Source: Selaginella moellendorffii (Eukaryota > Plantae > Lycopodiophyta). From it: DNA of 64,000 bases. Below the pieces are notes generated by a model. That model did no database searches. It was given only the letters and a program-made list of their open reading frames with translations, and was not told the DNA's origin. Below, piece by piece: positions 24,358-37,114 of the stretch (the first letter of the stretch is position 1; each line of letters opens with the position of its first letter). Location: assembly GCF_000143415.4 (NCBI RefSeq), contig NW_003314286.1, positions 449,766-513,765 of the forward strand. Reading direction: 5' to 3'. The position numbers and the translations under genes were made by a program.

Positions 24358-27300
24358 TCAGATTGTTATTTTTTGCCTCCAACGCCTATACAATAATCTT
24401 GGAATTTCATCACTCTCCACACTATCAGGATTTAAACCCAATAGTAATGCCATCTCTTCTCTAATACGTCCACGCTCATGTTCAGTGGCCGAAGAACCCA
24501 TCCGGTTGAGTAGATTATGGAGATGCGGATAGTGCTTGGCTAGACAATATACATGCCATAAATGATGACTGGTGTCTGTCCGATCAAATGGCTTCTGATA
24601 TACCGTTCCATCTGCCATTTGGTTGATTTCTGCAGCCACCTCCTAGACTGGCTGGTTCTCTATCACCATCGCTCCAAGCCGTTTTGCAAGGTCCCCCAGA
24701 ACATATGGCTTCTTCTCCCTAGTTTCCATACTGCAAGAGATGGGGTGCACTGCATATGTGTGCGTGTTCGCTGCAGTTTTAATCGGCGAGTCATCGATGA
24801 TGAGGATTTCACTTGACCTAGCAGTCCGGTTCATCACTACAGCCTCTGGCTTGACGAAGATGGGTTTGCTACCCCTCACATAGACCATAGTCAAGCAATC
24901 CTCCTGCGTTAGGAGAAAGTCAAATGGTAATATTACTCGCGTCTGATCGTGCATCATCTGTAGCAACGTTAATGCATTGTGGCGCATCATGGATGTCCAA
25001 ACTCCCAATTGCAAATTGAACCCGGCCCTCTGTTTTAAATGTCGCATGGTCATTATTAGATCCCGCAGTTTCTCCCGTGTGATTAATGTGAATCTGTCTC
25101 TTTTGACCAACTTGCGACCGCAGGCTTTGGAGGGTGCAGTGACATTCGAGGACGAGCCACGCTCATGGGAGAAAAGGACACCGTTCAGATCAAAAACGAT
25201 ACAGTACCTTCGCCGTGACTCTGAAATGAAATGTGTCAGCATAAAAAATGGTACAAGTCAATTTTACCATCTACAATATTAGCGAATGGTGCTCCCGATG
25301 GTCGTTGAGAGGGTTTTGGTCGAGGAAACGTGAAGGGCGGAAATACTCTCCTCTGCAATGTGGGGTCAATCACATCCGATGGCGTGTGGGCACATGCCAT
25401 TTCAGCTGTAGACTCTGGTACAACTGGCTCAACAGTGGCATGGGGTGGTTCCGATGGCGTGTGATCACACGCCATTTCAGCTGGTGCCTCCGTTGGCAAA
25501 GTGGACATGACCGAACAGGCAGCAGGGGCGGTGTAGGGAGGTTCTAACGGCGCGTAGTCAGACGATTGGGCACACGTTGGAAATGAGGATACGACCGGCT
25601 CGGCGGCTGGGGCGGCCTCATGCGGGTCCAATGGCGCCTGGTCACCGTCAGTTGGATACGTGGACAAGATTGACTCAGTGGTATGGGCAGCATCAAGTGG
25701 AGCGTGGTCAGCTTGCTTGGCGTTGATATAAATAGTAGCCTCCACCAGCTCTGATGACTCTTGCAGGCAAGTAGAGTCCACTGGCGGATCCATATGCATG
25801 TCCAAATATCTCCCTTCGATTGAGATGGTATCCTCCCTACTGGCTACTAAAAACAAACTCATTAGCACATTGAATCGACTATACTGTATTTACCATCAAC
25901 TGCTATTGAGGAACTAGGACTGATATCACTTGGGTGCACTGCTGATTCTGAAGGATTGGACATACGTTTCGACCTTTGCTTGGCACTATCCTTCCTCGAC
26001 ACTAAAGGCTAGAGTTTGTATCTTAATTCAACTGAATAATCTCTACTTACCATTTGCTTTGCAACCTACATGGACAATGTTAGAAATGGTAAAAGGTTAG
26101 GAATGGATGTATTATTATTTACTTGATGGTTTGTCTTGTATGACCTTCCTCCGCTGCTCTTTGGCCACCTCAGGCTGGCCATCGTCGTTATCATCGTCAT
26201 CGTCGTTATTGTGATCGTCACCATTGTGAGGACCATCCAAGTCCTCTTCGTCCTCCTCTTCTTCGTCCTCCTCTTCTTTGTCCTCCTCTTCGTCCTTCTG
26301 CTCTTCCTGCTCATTATCTTTCTCTGGCTCCTCATCCCCCTCCTGCATTTCTTCCATAGGCTGCTCAGGCTGGATGGCTTGTTCTTCCAGGACCATCTTG
26401 GGAAAATCATCTGGCCGAGTCTCCATCTCAAAATACAAGACATCCATAGCCTGTTTTAGTGCGTGACCTAAGACCGTATCCTCACCCGACTGTCTTAACA
26501 TGGTTTCTGCACGTTCTTGCACCCTTCGAAGACGACGAAATGAGAAAAATGTGGCCCTGACTTGAAAAGCATCCCTCATCCATTGTACCTCTCCATTGAG
26601 ATTGGGGAAGGGGAGTCCGCCATAGGAATCTGAGTCAGGAGGTGGTGACCGCGAGGCATTACCTATCATCTTTTCGTTGCCCTTCTTCCTTTTCAAATCA
26701 AATGCCTCTGATCCCGACGACTGTCCAACGTGCTTTCGCTTTTTATGACCACTGTCAGTTTGAGCTTGGCTGGTGCTTGCCTGTTTTGCCTTTGAAGAAG
26801 TGTCTTCTGCAAGGAATGGCATGAGACCACACGCCATTGCAAATATAATTTGTACCTCCTTTTTTCCTATTGCTTGTCTGTTTGTCCTTCTTCGACGCGC
26901 CACCAGTGCGCTTTTCAGTCCTCGTGTCTGAATATTCACAACGATCTATAATCAAAATGGCGTGAGGCCTCACGTGACCTTACCTTGTGCAGGTTGTGAG
27001 CTCGGCCTAACATGGGTATCTTCAACAGTAGCTGTTAACGCCGTTTCAGCATCTGGGGGTGGCCACGCTCCTGCATACAGAGCTTGTGAGATAACATTTA
27101 AACTTAAAGTGCGTACTCACCAGGTTCGCAGAGAAGATACTGTTTTTCTTTGGCAACTGTAATTATATGCTCCATTGAAGTCACCTCTTCAATGGAGTTT
27201 GTCACCGCAACACACGGGACACTCTTGAGTAGTGCGGCTCGAAAGAATAGTCCGCCGCAGTTGTACTCGACAACGCATTTGCCCTTGGAGTCACCCACTA

Positions 27301-28396
27301 TTGCGTTGAAGACCCAGCTGAGCATTTCCCATGCTGCACCTGGAGCTTTCTTTGGATTCGAAAGCTCCATAGCCGTCTTCAATTCCTCAGGCACGGGTAA
27401 ATTGACCTCCCTCAGATCAATTCGATCGGCCTTGTTGAACGAAGCTGGGAAGTCACTCCAGTCCCACTCTGCTGCAGGACCAATAACAAGGGCGAGTGTG
27501 AAGATGCGGACATTCGTCAGTATCTTCTTCTTAGCCATTATCCCATGGATCTCCTGCATCTCCTTGCCTTTCAACCAAGCCTTCACCTCGTTCAAGGCCT
27601 TCCAGAACTTGTGATAGGATTCGGAGTCGTAAATCATATAGTGGACTGAAGATTCCACCTCCGCAAATCCCACCATTAAGTCAATGATGGAGCTGACTTC
27701 ATCTGCATGAGTGATCTCCTCGTTTGTGAAGTCTATCACACAAAAGATGTTCTTGACCTGCTCATCTCCGCGGGAAACGATGCTCCTCCACCTTTGATCC
27801 TCATCCGAATTCACGTATACCCGGTAAGGTTCTCGATAGGCCTCTGCTGCGGGGTCGAGCTGTTTCTGAAGCCGGCGGTCGACATCCCTCTTAATGAAAT
27901 TTGGATACTGATCCAACTTCTCAGCTTTACTTTTCGTGGCATCCCGCAGCAGATCGATGAACTTGGGGGCCCCCTTCACGTAGTCGTCGATGTCTTCATT
28001 TGACAACTCCAGCTCTTCCATCATCTCTTGCGTGGTGTCGATGCTCACCCTCTCCATGGCCACTTGCTCGAAGATCCAATCCTTCAATAGCGCACGAGCT
28101 CTCAGAGTCGTGCACAAGTCCTCGTATGTCACAATATGGCCGGGAGTCATTTTGGTCTTGTTGAAGACTACCTCACCACATAGAAGAGCATTAGCCACTG
28201 TCAGAAGGTCGTCGTCGTCTAGAGACCGCGAGAAACGCAAGGCGTTGAGCTTCAAATCATTGGGCTTCCGGCCGTCCTCCACACCCATTGAGTTTAACAA
28301 CTCCCCGTAATGGTACCTCCTCAGCACATCTACCCATTTGTCAAAAACAACTTTTGTCGCGAGTAGGGGCCAAAGATAGCGTGAGGCCTCATGCCA
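24358..28396 (-). pseudogene. Transposon cargo gene: MTase-like fold (27120-28396), acidic/Pro-rich linker, FCP1-like HAD phosphatase (24358-25221)
   Basis: ORF blocks are joined by short GT-AG introns (e.g. ~25222-25268). HAD motifs IVFDLNGVL, GVWTS, KPIFVK and LIIDDSPIK. One in-frame TAG at 24643 and no clear ATG. Confidence 0.65.
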
Positions 28397-28585
28397 TTAG
28401 TGGTACCACTAATGGCATGAGGGCTCATGCCAATTTTGTGAATGCAAAATTTCACGTGGGTGTCAATAGCATGTTTGAATAATGGCATGTGGCCTTATGC
28501 TATTGAGGTTGTTTGGTATGTTATGATTTAGGCCATTCTCCAATCATTTTTTGTATGGTCTTAACTTCTTTTCTGCACTTTCAGA

Positions 28586-31500
28586 ATGGCCTTCAGGGTT
28601 GGGGAAAAGGTTTACATTTTGAATGGTGGGAAGAGAGTTGCAAAAGGGACCCTTGTGTCTATGGATAGGAACTTTGTTATACACTGTCAAAGGCTTGGGG
28701 AAGGCAATGCTGCTGTATCAGTAGAGACTGTCTTCGATGGGAATGTGGTCGCTATTGAACGAGGAGAGATGGTCGTCGGGGTAAATGTTGTTGTTGCCTT
28801 GAAAAATCTTCAGAAGAAAGCAGATGTTGGGGACAACGCAAGTGCGACGCATGTTCCCTCCGTGGATCTTAAGAACCGTGCTACATGGATTCAGGCGAAG
28901 GTGTTTCTAAACAACCCCGAGGGGGAGGTGGTAGCTGAGGGCTTAGCCACAGTTGTCGATCCAAGAGATGCGGTTGCTAATCAAGAATTGGGCTGGGATG
29001 ATATTGGAGTTGCGATTTTAGAGGTTGTTGACACAGAAGAAAACAGTCTGACTATTGGAAGCATTGTGCGGTGGAAATTGAGGCACTTAGTGTTTGAGAA
29101 TGTGAAGGATTCACAATCAAACACCACTACAACTGATGACAGAACATCTCTTCATGGGAAAAGAAAGTACACCTTCCTAAAGCGCAGCCAAAGGGATCTG
29201 AGCAACGAACCGAAAAGGCAGAAAATGGCGATGGAGGTTCGAATGGTCTCGACAGTTGCTTGTTGCAAGAGGAGGTGCTGTCAACATGCTGATTGGGATG
29301 CTATTGAAGAGGAGAGAGCAAGATACAAGACATTATCCTGGAAGGCAGCTCGCAATTTTGTGTATGAGGCATTATGGTCATCTGTTGATGCTTCAGAACA
29401 TCAGGTGGGGGGCATGGTCTTCCAGAGGGGTTTGGTCTGCATGAAGGCATGGAGAATCATTTATGGAGTCCCTCGAACCACATTCTACAGAATCAAAACT
29501 GAGTTCGAGGAACAAAGGGTTCAACAGGCAGTCCATGGGAACGACGGTACGCACAAAACCAGGGGTCATATTGTATATGGAGAGGCAATCTTCAAGAGGT
29601 TTGTCGAGACATGTAGCGAGCAACAACCACATAAAACCCGCCTCTTGGAAGATGGAACACGAGACACCCAACGAGTTCTCCCTTCCATGTATACCAAGGG
29701 GGCCATATTGGAAGATGTGAATCGGGAACTCCAGAGTAATGGCTACAGGAAGCTGAGCCAATCTAGATTTAGTAGATTGTGGAGCAACAGGTTCAGGGAT
29801 GTGAGTATAGGAAAGTACTCCAGCTTTTCAAAGTGTGACGAGTGCACTGCTATCAAAATGGCTTTGTCGAAGAATTCTTGCAGCGCTTAAGAGCGAGAGA
29901 CGTTGGTTAGAAGGCGGCTCAACCACAACATCGAGCAGAGAAGCTGCAGGATTGCATATTATCATAACAGGATTTTCTCCATGGAGAGACCTGACTCTTA
30001 CCTCTGCATCATCCATGACAAAATGGACCAGAAAAAGACGTGCTTACCTCGACTCAATCTTGCCCCCAAGGCAATCTCTTCATCCATGCAGCTGCCTGTG
30101 TCTCTGTTTGGCATAATCGCTCATGGGCATGGTGCCCAGAACTATGGGAACTTCTTTGTACCTCTATGGGGTGGCGGGGGTGCAAACATGATGATTGCGT
30201 CCCTAGCAAAACACTTAAGGTCTTTGCAAAGTGCGCAGATTGAGTTGAACGGCCAACCCTTGCATAAGGCCCTTGTCGATCGAACCCCATACAGGGTTCA
30301 GCTGGAGGAGGAGCAAAGGCTTGCAGTATCGCGTGGGGCCCCATGCCATCCCAGTGAATATGTTGGCCGTCAGATTGTAGGGTTATCATGTGAGGCCTCA
30401 TGCCATTCCGACGAGGCTGGTCGCCCGGTGAATGCACAGCCTCATCCAAACGAAGCAGAATCTCAAGGAAGTTCTTGTGGCCAATATGGCCTTCCACCCC
30501 ATCTTCTGCTCCAAACAGACAATGCTGGCAGTGAGAACAAAAACATGTACGTCTTCGCGTACTTGGCGATGCTTGTTGCCAAAGGCATATTTGAAACGGT
30601 TACACTTGGCTTTCTCATGGTTGGGCACACTCATGAAGACGTCGATGCCATGTTCAGTCACCTGGCAGAGTCCCTCTGGCGATCCAATGTCCTCACCCTC
30701 CCACAACTCTACGATGAATTCCAAAATTGCATCAAAGGCACTGTTGAAGCTGCACTTCTGACAGAGGTTCCAGACTTTAAGGGGTTTGTAAGAAGCTACA
30801 TCAGGGACGGATCCGAAACGCTGATTGGCCACTCCAAGCCTCTTCAGTTTCATTTCAGCATGTGTGACGGTGCTCCAATGATGAGGTATAAGATGAGAGA
30901 ATGGGACACAGTGTGGCTGCCAGTGGACGGCATTGAACTCTTCAAGAGAGATCCCATAACTGGGGAACCTATGATTCCTCAGGGTTCCCCACGGCCAATG
31001 CACCCGGATGGACTCAAAGACCAGGAAAGTATAGTGGCCAGGATTAGACAGCATATTGCCTTCTGGAAGAGGGGGTTGGTGTTTGGTGGAGAATCCTATT
31101 TTTAGAGGTGCAAGCCTTTGCTCGAATACTGGGAGAAGATTATATCTGCTATCCAAAATGGGCCGGTTGTATATGAAGAATTGGAAGAGTCCTTTTGGCC
31201 AGAACCCAGAGCACCAGATAGTAGCGGAACAATGTCCTCTGGAAATGCAGTGACAGATAACGATGTTGAGGATCACTATTGTGGGCCGAGGAACAAGAAG
31301 CCGGATTCAGCATTCAATCCAGTACAGGTCTGCAAAGGAATGGTCGTGCTTGTTAGACCCAGTAATAAAAAACAAATGATATGGGTGGGGCGCTGCATCA
31401 CTGATGCAGAGGAGGACGCGGAAACTAACTCCTTCAATGTAACTGTGGAGTGGTTCAAGCCAAGTTCCGGATATACGAAGGATTGCCTAGAAAAGAGATG

Positions 31501-31726
31501 GGTGCTGAATCCAAGGGATCCCAGCATGAGCATATCGGTGGATAATGTTGTGCATGGTTGGATGCGGAAGCAGAGTGCCACCATCACCTTGCCAGACCAT
31601 GTAAGAGATGCAGCAAGAGCATTCATAACCCGGGTTCAAGGTGAGATTCATGAATATTCCTTTACTAAGTTTCTAATGTATTTTATTTCAAGGTAAACAA
31701 TCCGAATCTGAATCAGAGGAGGCATG
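28586..31726 (+). pseudogene. Sola-like DDE/D transposase with two in-frame stops
   Basis: One frame from 28586 to ~31640, broken by TAA at 29888 and TAG at 31103. Motifs CCKRRC, KCDEC, IIHDKMDQ, LQTDNAGSENKN and FLMVGHTHEDVDAMFS. Confidence 0.8.
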
Positions 31727-32365
31727 ATGGCATGTGGCCTTACGCCATTCCTAGGTGAGATGATACAAATAACAAGTATAAATTCTTAGTTGTTCTAGCA
31801 AATCTTACTTAAAGTTCAAGGTGAACAAGCCAAATATGAATTCATCGGATTGTTATAACAAATTGCGAGGTGATGGCATGAGGCGATACGCCATTTGAGA
31901 GTGGTAGCCATTCCTATATGAGGTGAGTGAAGTATTTATTAGAAATACCTCATTCAATTGTGCACTTCTAAGTCTTGGTCCACTTAGTACTGTTTGCATG
32001 TTTTTATTTTAATTCTTTCTCTAAAATGTTATTTAGCATGTGGCTTCATGCCATTGCTCTCCACAATCATGCATTGAATTTCTATCCTTGCATAATACTT
32101 CTCTATATATATAACATGTGCGCACACGTGATATGGTTCATTAGGCCTGATATAGTGTGTGAGGTAAAACAAAGATGATGTGACATATGCATTTACCAAT
32201 CACACGTGCATAAATCTAATAATATGGCGTGTGGCCCATATTAATGGCACATAAACCCATATTGTGGGCTTACGTGCTTTATGTACCATCATTCCCTTGC
32301 AGCGTGTGTGTTGGTTTCCTTTTATAACACAACGAACTCCATATTTTAGGGTGAAGAGCGTTCTC

Positions 32366-32623
32366 ATGGCAAGCACAAAATCTGTAAGTGAGGCAGAAAA
32401 GGAGACGGAGAAGGAGATAGGTGAAGATGTAGAATATATAAGTTTTCCAAACTCCCCGTACTATACTCCATGTGATCATTTTTCTGAACAAACGGCAACA
32501 TTAACAACTATCGAGAACGCCTCAGTAATGTCAGAGACAACAATCCAAAGCAAAACAACTGACTCGGAGAAGGATGATAGTACCGCTGAGAGTACCAAAA
32601 AGGAGGTGTCCACTAGTGCTTAG
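32366..32623 (+). CDS. Small acidic Ser/Thr-rich ORF inside the transposon
   Basis: ORF MASTKSVSEAEKE... preceded by an acceptor-like TTTTAG. No homology recognised. Confidence 0.3.
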   Translation: MASTKSVSEAEKETEKEIGEDVEYISFPNSPYYTPCDHFSEQTATLTTIENASVMSETTIQSKTTDSEKDDSTAESTKKEVSTSA

Positions 32624-33382
32624 GCTTATAATGGCGTGTGCCCTCATGTCATTTACTTGATCACCAAATACCTTTTTCCCTTTGCACTAGTATATCTTAA
32701 TACCGGTTTGAGAAATAGAATGGCATGTGCCCTCAGGCCTTTTACTAAATCACCTTTGAAAGAAATGCAAGCCTCTATGTCGTAAAAAAAAGGTACTAGA
32801 GAAATTCCTTAATAATATGAATGTTATTTAGTTTCATGAAAATACACTAAGGGTCAAATGAGTTAAATGACTTCTCCAGACTAGCAATGCCTCTTGCTAC
32901 ACCTTCACAATTAGATTCGTTAGAAAAAGATAACATTGAATAATATCTAAATGTTCTCACCATTAAGTTATATGTCTGGCTAATAGGAATGATGTTCATC
33001 TTGGAAAGCCCACCACACGCTCAATGAACAAACAAATAGTGTGTGCGCGCATGCCATCGCTCTTCTTTAGTTTCAGATTCGGCTTGTTCACCTTGACAAT
33101 GAGATTTATTATACAACCAGATGGACACAGTCTGGACATAAAGTCACCGCGCTAGTCACCATGCCCCAGATATGTCTAGCCCCTGGACAAAAATCATATA
33201 ATTTCACGTCATTTTCAAATACTTGAAAATTTGTACCTAGTCCCATTTTACTGAATAAATCCCACTTTAACGAAATAGAGCTTATAAACGAGAAACTATA
33301 ATTGATTCCAATCGTCCTTCTATAGCATAAGGAGTATTATAAGCTTAGCACCAAATGCAACTATGCACATACTGAATAACAT

Positions 33383-36326
33383 TGTAAGCGACTAAATTTT
33401 TCCATTTTACTTTAGTCACTTAACCACTTTTCACAACCTCCATAAGTCAAATTCAGGACTTAGGGCTTATTAACCTTGAGAATGGCATCCATACCACTTA
33501 ACCTTTGCACTTGGTCCAAGTGCTCCATATGTTTGATCTCATGACCAACACCCCAAGGTACCACTGACATATCAACCCATTACCCTAAGTCATACCCATT
33601 CACCTTGGTCATATCGGTGGTCCAACACCACTTGCATTGCAATCCCGTCTCTCAAAGACTGAGCCATTCGTCCATAAGTGGTCATCCCAAATCCACTCTT
33701 TAGCATCCTCAGGATGCCCATAGATATGGGGAATAGCCTTCCCCAATATTTCCATTCCAGTCCCCACCAAGTCCCTTTTTATCCATGGCCATGTTTGCCA
33801 ATATTGCCACTAGATCAAGGCCCAACGGCCCAACCACTAAGTCCCACTGTCCTTTAGGATTTCCTCGCTGTGTGACTGTGTCCTTGGTCACCACACCAGA
33901 GGGCTACTCCTTTTCCTTTCCACAGTCTGGGACTTTGAGACAACATTTCGAAACACCGTGGCCCTATACGGGCCTCATGGGTACTCTTCCCGCCTTCCGC
34001 TTTTGGGTGCTCTAGCCATAAGCTTAGAGCAAGGTTCCATTGAACCACGTCAGGTATCCAAGTAGGTAGTGCCACCCACGCTTGGACTAGGAACATCGAC
34101 CATTCGATCTCCCGAGGGAACTAGAGCCGGCTCTTGAACACTTCACCAAGTTACCTCGCTTATCAGTCCGTGTTCACTTTAGCCTTGGACTTCCTAGTGG
34201 TTATCCCATCACCCAACACTTGGGCACAACCTTCCTAGGCCAAACTGGCCTTTCCTAGCCAAATTGGCTCCACTAGGATCCAACCCCCACACTCTCTCTA
34301 CTATACTTTTGGAACCCTCTGCAGCCCGCCCCCCTCAAACTCCATCTCGGGTCCATTTTGGGTCCATCTCGGACTCCATTTTAGACTCTATCTCGGGTCC
34401 ATGTTAGGTCCATCTCGAATCCATCTCGAACTCCATTTCGGACTTCATCTCGGGTCCATCTCGGACTCCATCTTGGGTCCATCTCGGACACTTCCACGTG
34501 TCGTGTGTTGGTCCTCTTGTGTCCCTTTTCTAGAGACTCACTTATTGCTTGCTCCATGCTTGTTCCTTGAGCACCTTGTTGGGAGTTCCACTCCCGCTCT
34601 CGACCTTTCAAGTCGGAGCTTTTAGTCTAAACGTGTTATGCTCATTTGGCTTTTGCTTCGGCTACTACCACTTGGCACCCTTCTGGCTCCACTTTGAGGC
34701 CTAAGGATTTTGTGTCTCACAACTCCACCACCCATAAACGAAGTTTGATGTTCTCATCAAATGATAAACTATTCTATAAGTAATACCAACTTGTATTACC
34801 CTTTGCATCCTTGGCCCCTCGCCAATATTCGTCAATGGTTTGATACCAAAGGCTCACCATGCCTTACCCATCCTCTAAGGAGCATAGTATTTCCAACTTA
34901 AAGACTTATTCGACCACTTGTGGTGGTTTTCTCCTTTTATTGGTTTAGTTATCACTAAACCTGTTAGAGACACCTTCTCTAATCATACTACTCATTCTTG
35001 AGTAGTTTCAATTTCCATTGATATAACCTTTGCACTTTGGAACTTTTAATTTTGACTCCTCAGAGTCAATTTCGTAGGTGTCTCCGACACCTTGTATTGC
35101 ACATATGGTGCAACTCCACTTCCCCATCCTAAGAAATTCTCTACTTGAGGGCACTATCATCCTCTCTTCGATTTCATGCCACCTTTGGCATTTATCATAA
35201 TTTGTGCTAGGGCTGTCCACAGCCCTATCATTTGGCTACCTCACTGCTCCCTCCCTTGGAACTTCCACTTTTGCCATATCGAAGCAATTGAGAATCCATT
35301 CCTGGAAACACATTAAATTTCCCACAATCCATTAGCACTCAACACATTAATGTTCTTGGCCTAACTTTGCCATTTGGATTTTTTCCCATGATTCCCATGG
35401 TTTGTTTCTTAGCCACTAGTCTTTTGCTCGTATCCTTGATTGTTGCACCAAGCAACATAGGATTGCTACCTCCATTCTCGAAGTATCTTTTCGGTTCTAT
35501 AGCAAAGACTTTGCTTTGCCAAGTCTAGAGGGTGTTCACCCCTAGTACATCTTTTGAGCATTTTTTGCTGTGGCTTTATCCATGGCCCAACTTTGTGACC
35601 TTCCTATGGGTCTCTTATAGAGACTATTTTCTTCGGACTCACTATGCTATCGCTTTGACATAGCTTATTTCCCTTAAGTGTTCTTCCCACTTAGTCCCCA
35701 CACCATCATCAATAGTTTAAATCAACAGTTTGAACTAAGAACCTTATTCCTTAACCTCACAAGGACCTTGTCCTTGTTTTAGACATAAAATCACCCAGTG
35801 ATCTAACCTTGGCACCTTAACAGGTTTGCTAATAGGTACTAAGTCTTCTAGACCTTTAAATTGTTGACCATGACCCCAAGGGCATCCCCCACACTTGGCG
35901 GTGCACCCAAGCTAGCCCTTCCGGCCAAGGGTTTATAGTAACTAAGATTGGGTGTCCCCATCTCATTCACCGCGTCCTTGGTGCCCCTTGCACCAAAGTG
36001 TTCAAGTTAGATATGTTAAGTTTTCACACTAAGCAATTTAATCGTGTATCACGACTCCGGGGCATCCCCTGCTTCGCAGTGTGCCCAAGTTAGTCTCCTT
36101 ACTAAAAGTCTATGACCATCGAAAAATGAGTGTCCTCATATTCCAAACCATCACTGTGCTTTAGTGAGTTTGGGACTCGAACCCAAGCACTAGAGGGTCA
36201 GGACTCGAACCCAACCTCCATATATGCATCTACAGACAGCATCACATAGAATGCCTGGCATGACTCCCCATGCCGGTGCACCAATTTATACTTAAAGTGC
36301 GCTACAAATCACAGCTTAGAAATCTA
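33383..36326 (-). mobile_element. Older, truncated copy of LTR family A (LTR 33383-34721 plus adjacent internal region)
   Basis: Starts TGTAAGCGACT, LTR ends GTGTCTCACA, and is colinear with 42661-46070 with many substitutions. Confidence 0.85.
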
Positions 36327-36699
36327 CCAAATCATTCTAGAAAGTTTTATATTAAAATATGCATTTAGAGCAATTTGTTTTCGATAGTGGGTAGCAAGTA
36401 TTTTAAAACTCATTTAATAAAAAAAGAGAATTAATAAAGAAATCAATGCTGGTAGTTCTTGATCTAAGAAATAATTAAAGTCTTTAAATGTAAAAAATGA
36501 CTAAACCACCATACTAGCTAAGTCTGTAGTTTTAAACTTGTATTCCATTTAAACATTACCTTCAACCCACTAAAATATATGAACTTGTATTACTTGTTTA
36601 AATCTTTTAAAGTGTTTGTACATTTTAAACTTTAGCACAATCAATTATGTTTATCATGGTATTCAACTTGAATGCATTTTTTTATGTGTTCATGTGACT

Positions 36700-36872
36700 C
36701 TACTCTTAAGGGAGAAGGCACTTATGGGCAACTTTATGTAGCTTTATCAAGATGCACATCACCACATGGCATTGGAATTAAAATTCAAAACACCACATGC
36801 CAAAGCCACCCCTTTCCTCAAGATCCTTTTGTTTTTACAATCAACACTGTTTATAAAGAGGTTTTATATTAA
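36700..36872 (+). mobile_element. Helitron-type PIF1 helicase C-terminal remnant
   Basis: GQLYVALSRCTS...TINTVYKEVL* resembles the C-terminus of Helitron RepHel proteins. Confidence 0.7.
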
Positions 36873-37114
36873 ACCTCTTTGCAGCATTTGCTTGGCAAGT
36901 ACTCTGGCATGTGACTGCGTTTGCGGTCTATCAAGCGAATTTGGTTTTGTTTTGTAATGTTTTTCTAGGGTTTATGAAATGGCGAGAGAGCCCCTGCCAC
37001 TGCTGCCAATTTGCGATCCAAATCTGAGACACTGTGTCAATGCACATTCTGGTACAGTTTGTGTCAAGATTTAATTGATTTGTCTGCACTTTCTTCTAGC
37101 ATTGTTTCAGTTCT

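Larger units (their letters stand above)
23916..33283. mobile_element. 9.4-kb TIR DNA transposon, Sola-like, carrying a cargo gene
   Basis: TIRs AAACTCTATTTCGTTAAAGTGGGA (23916-23939) and TCCCACTTTAACGAAATAGAGCTT (33260-33283). ATAA duplicated at 23912-23915 and 33284-33287. The flanks rejoin into Gypsy integrase sequence. Confidence 0.85.
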
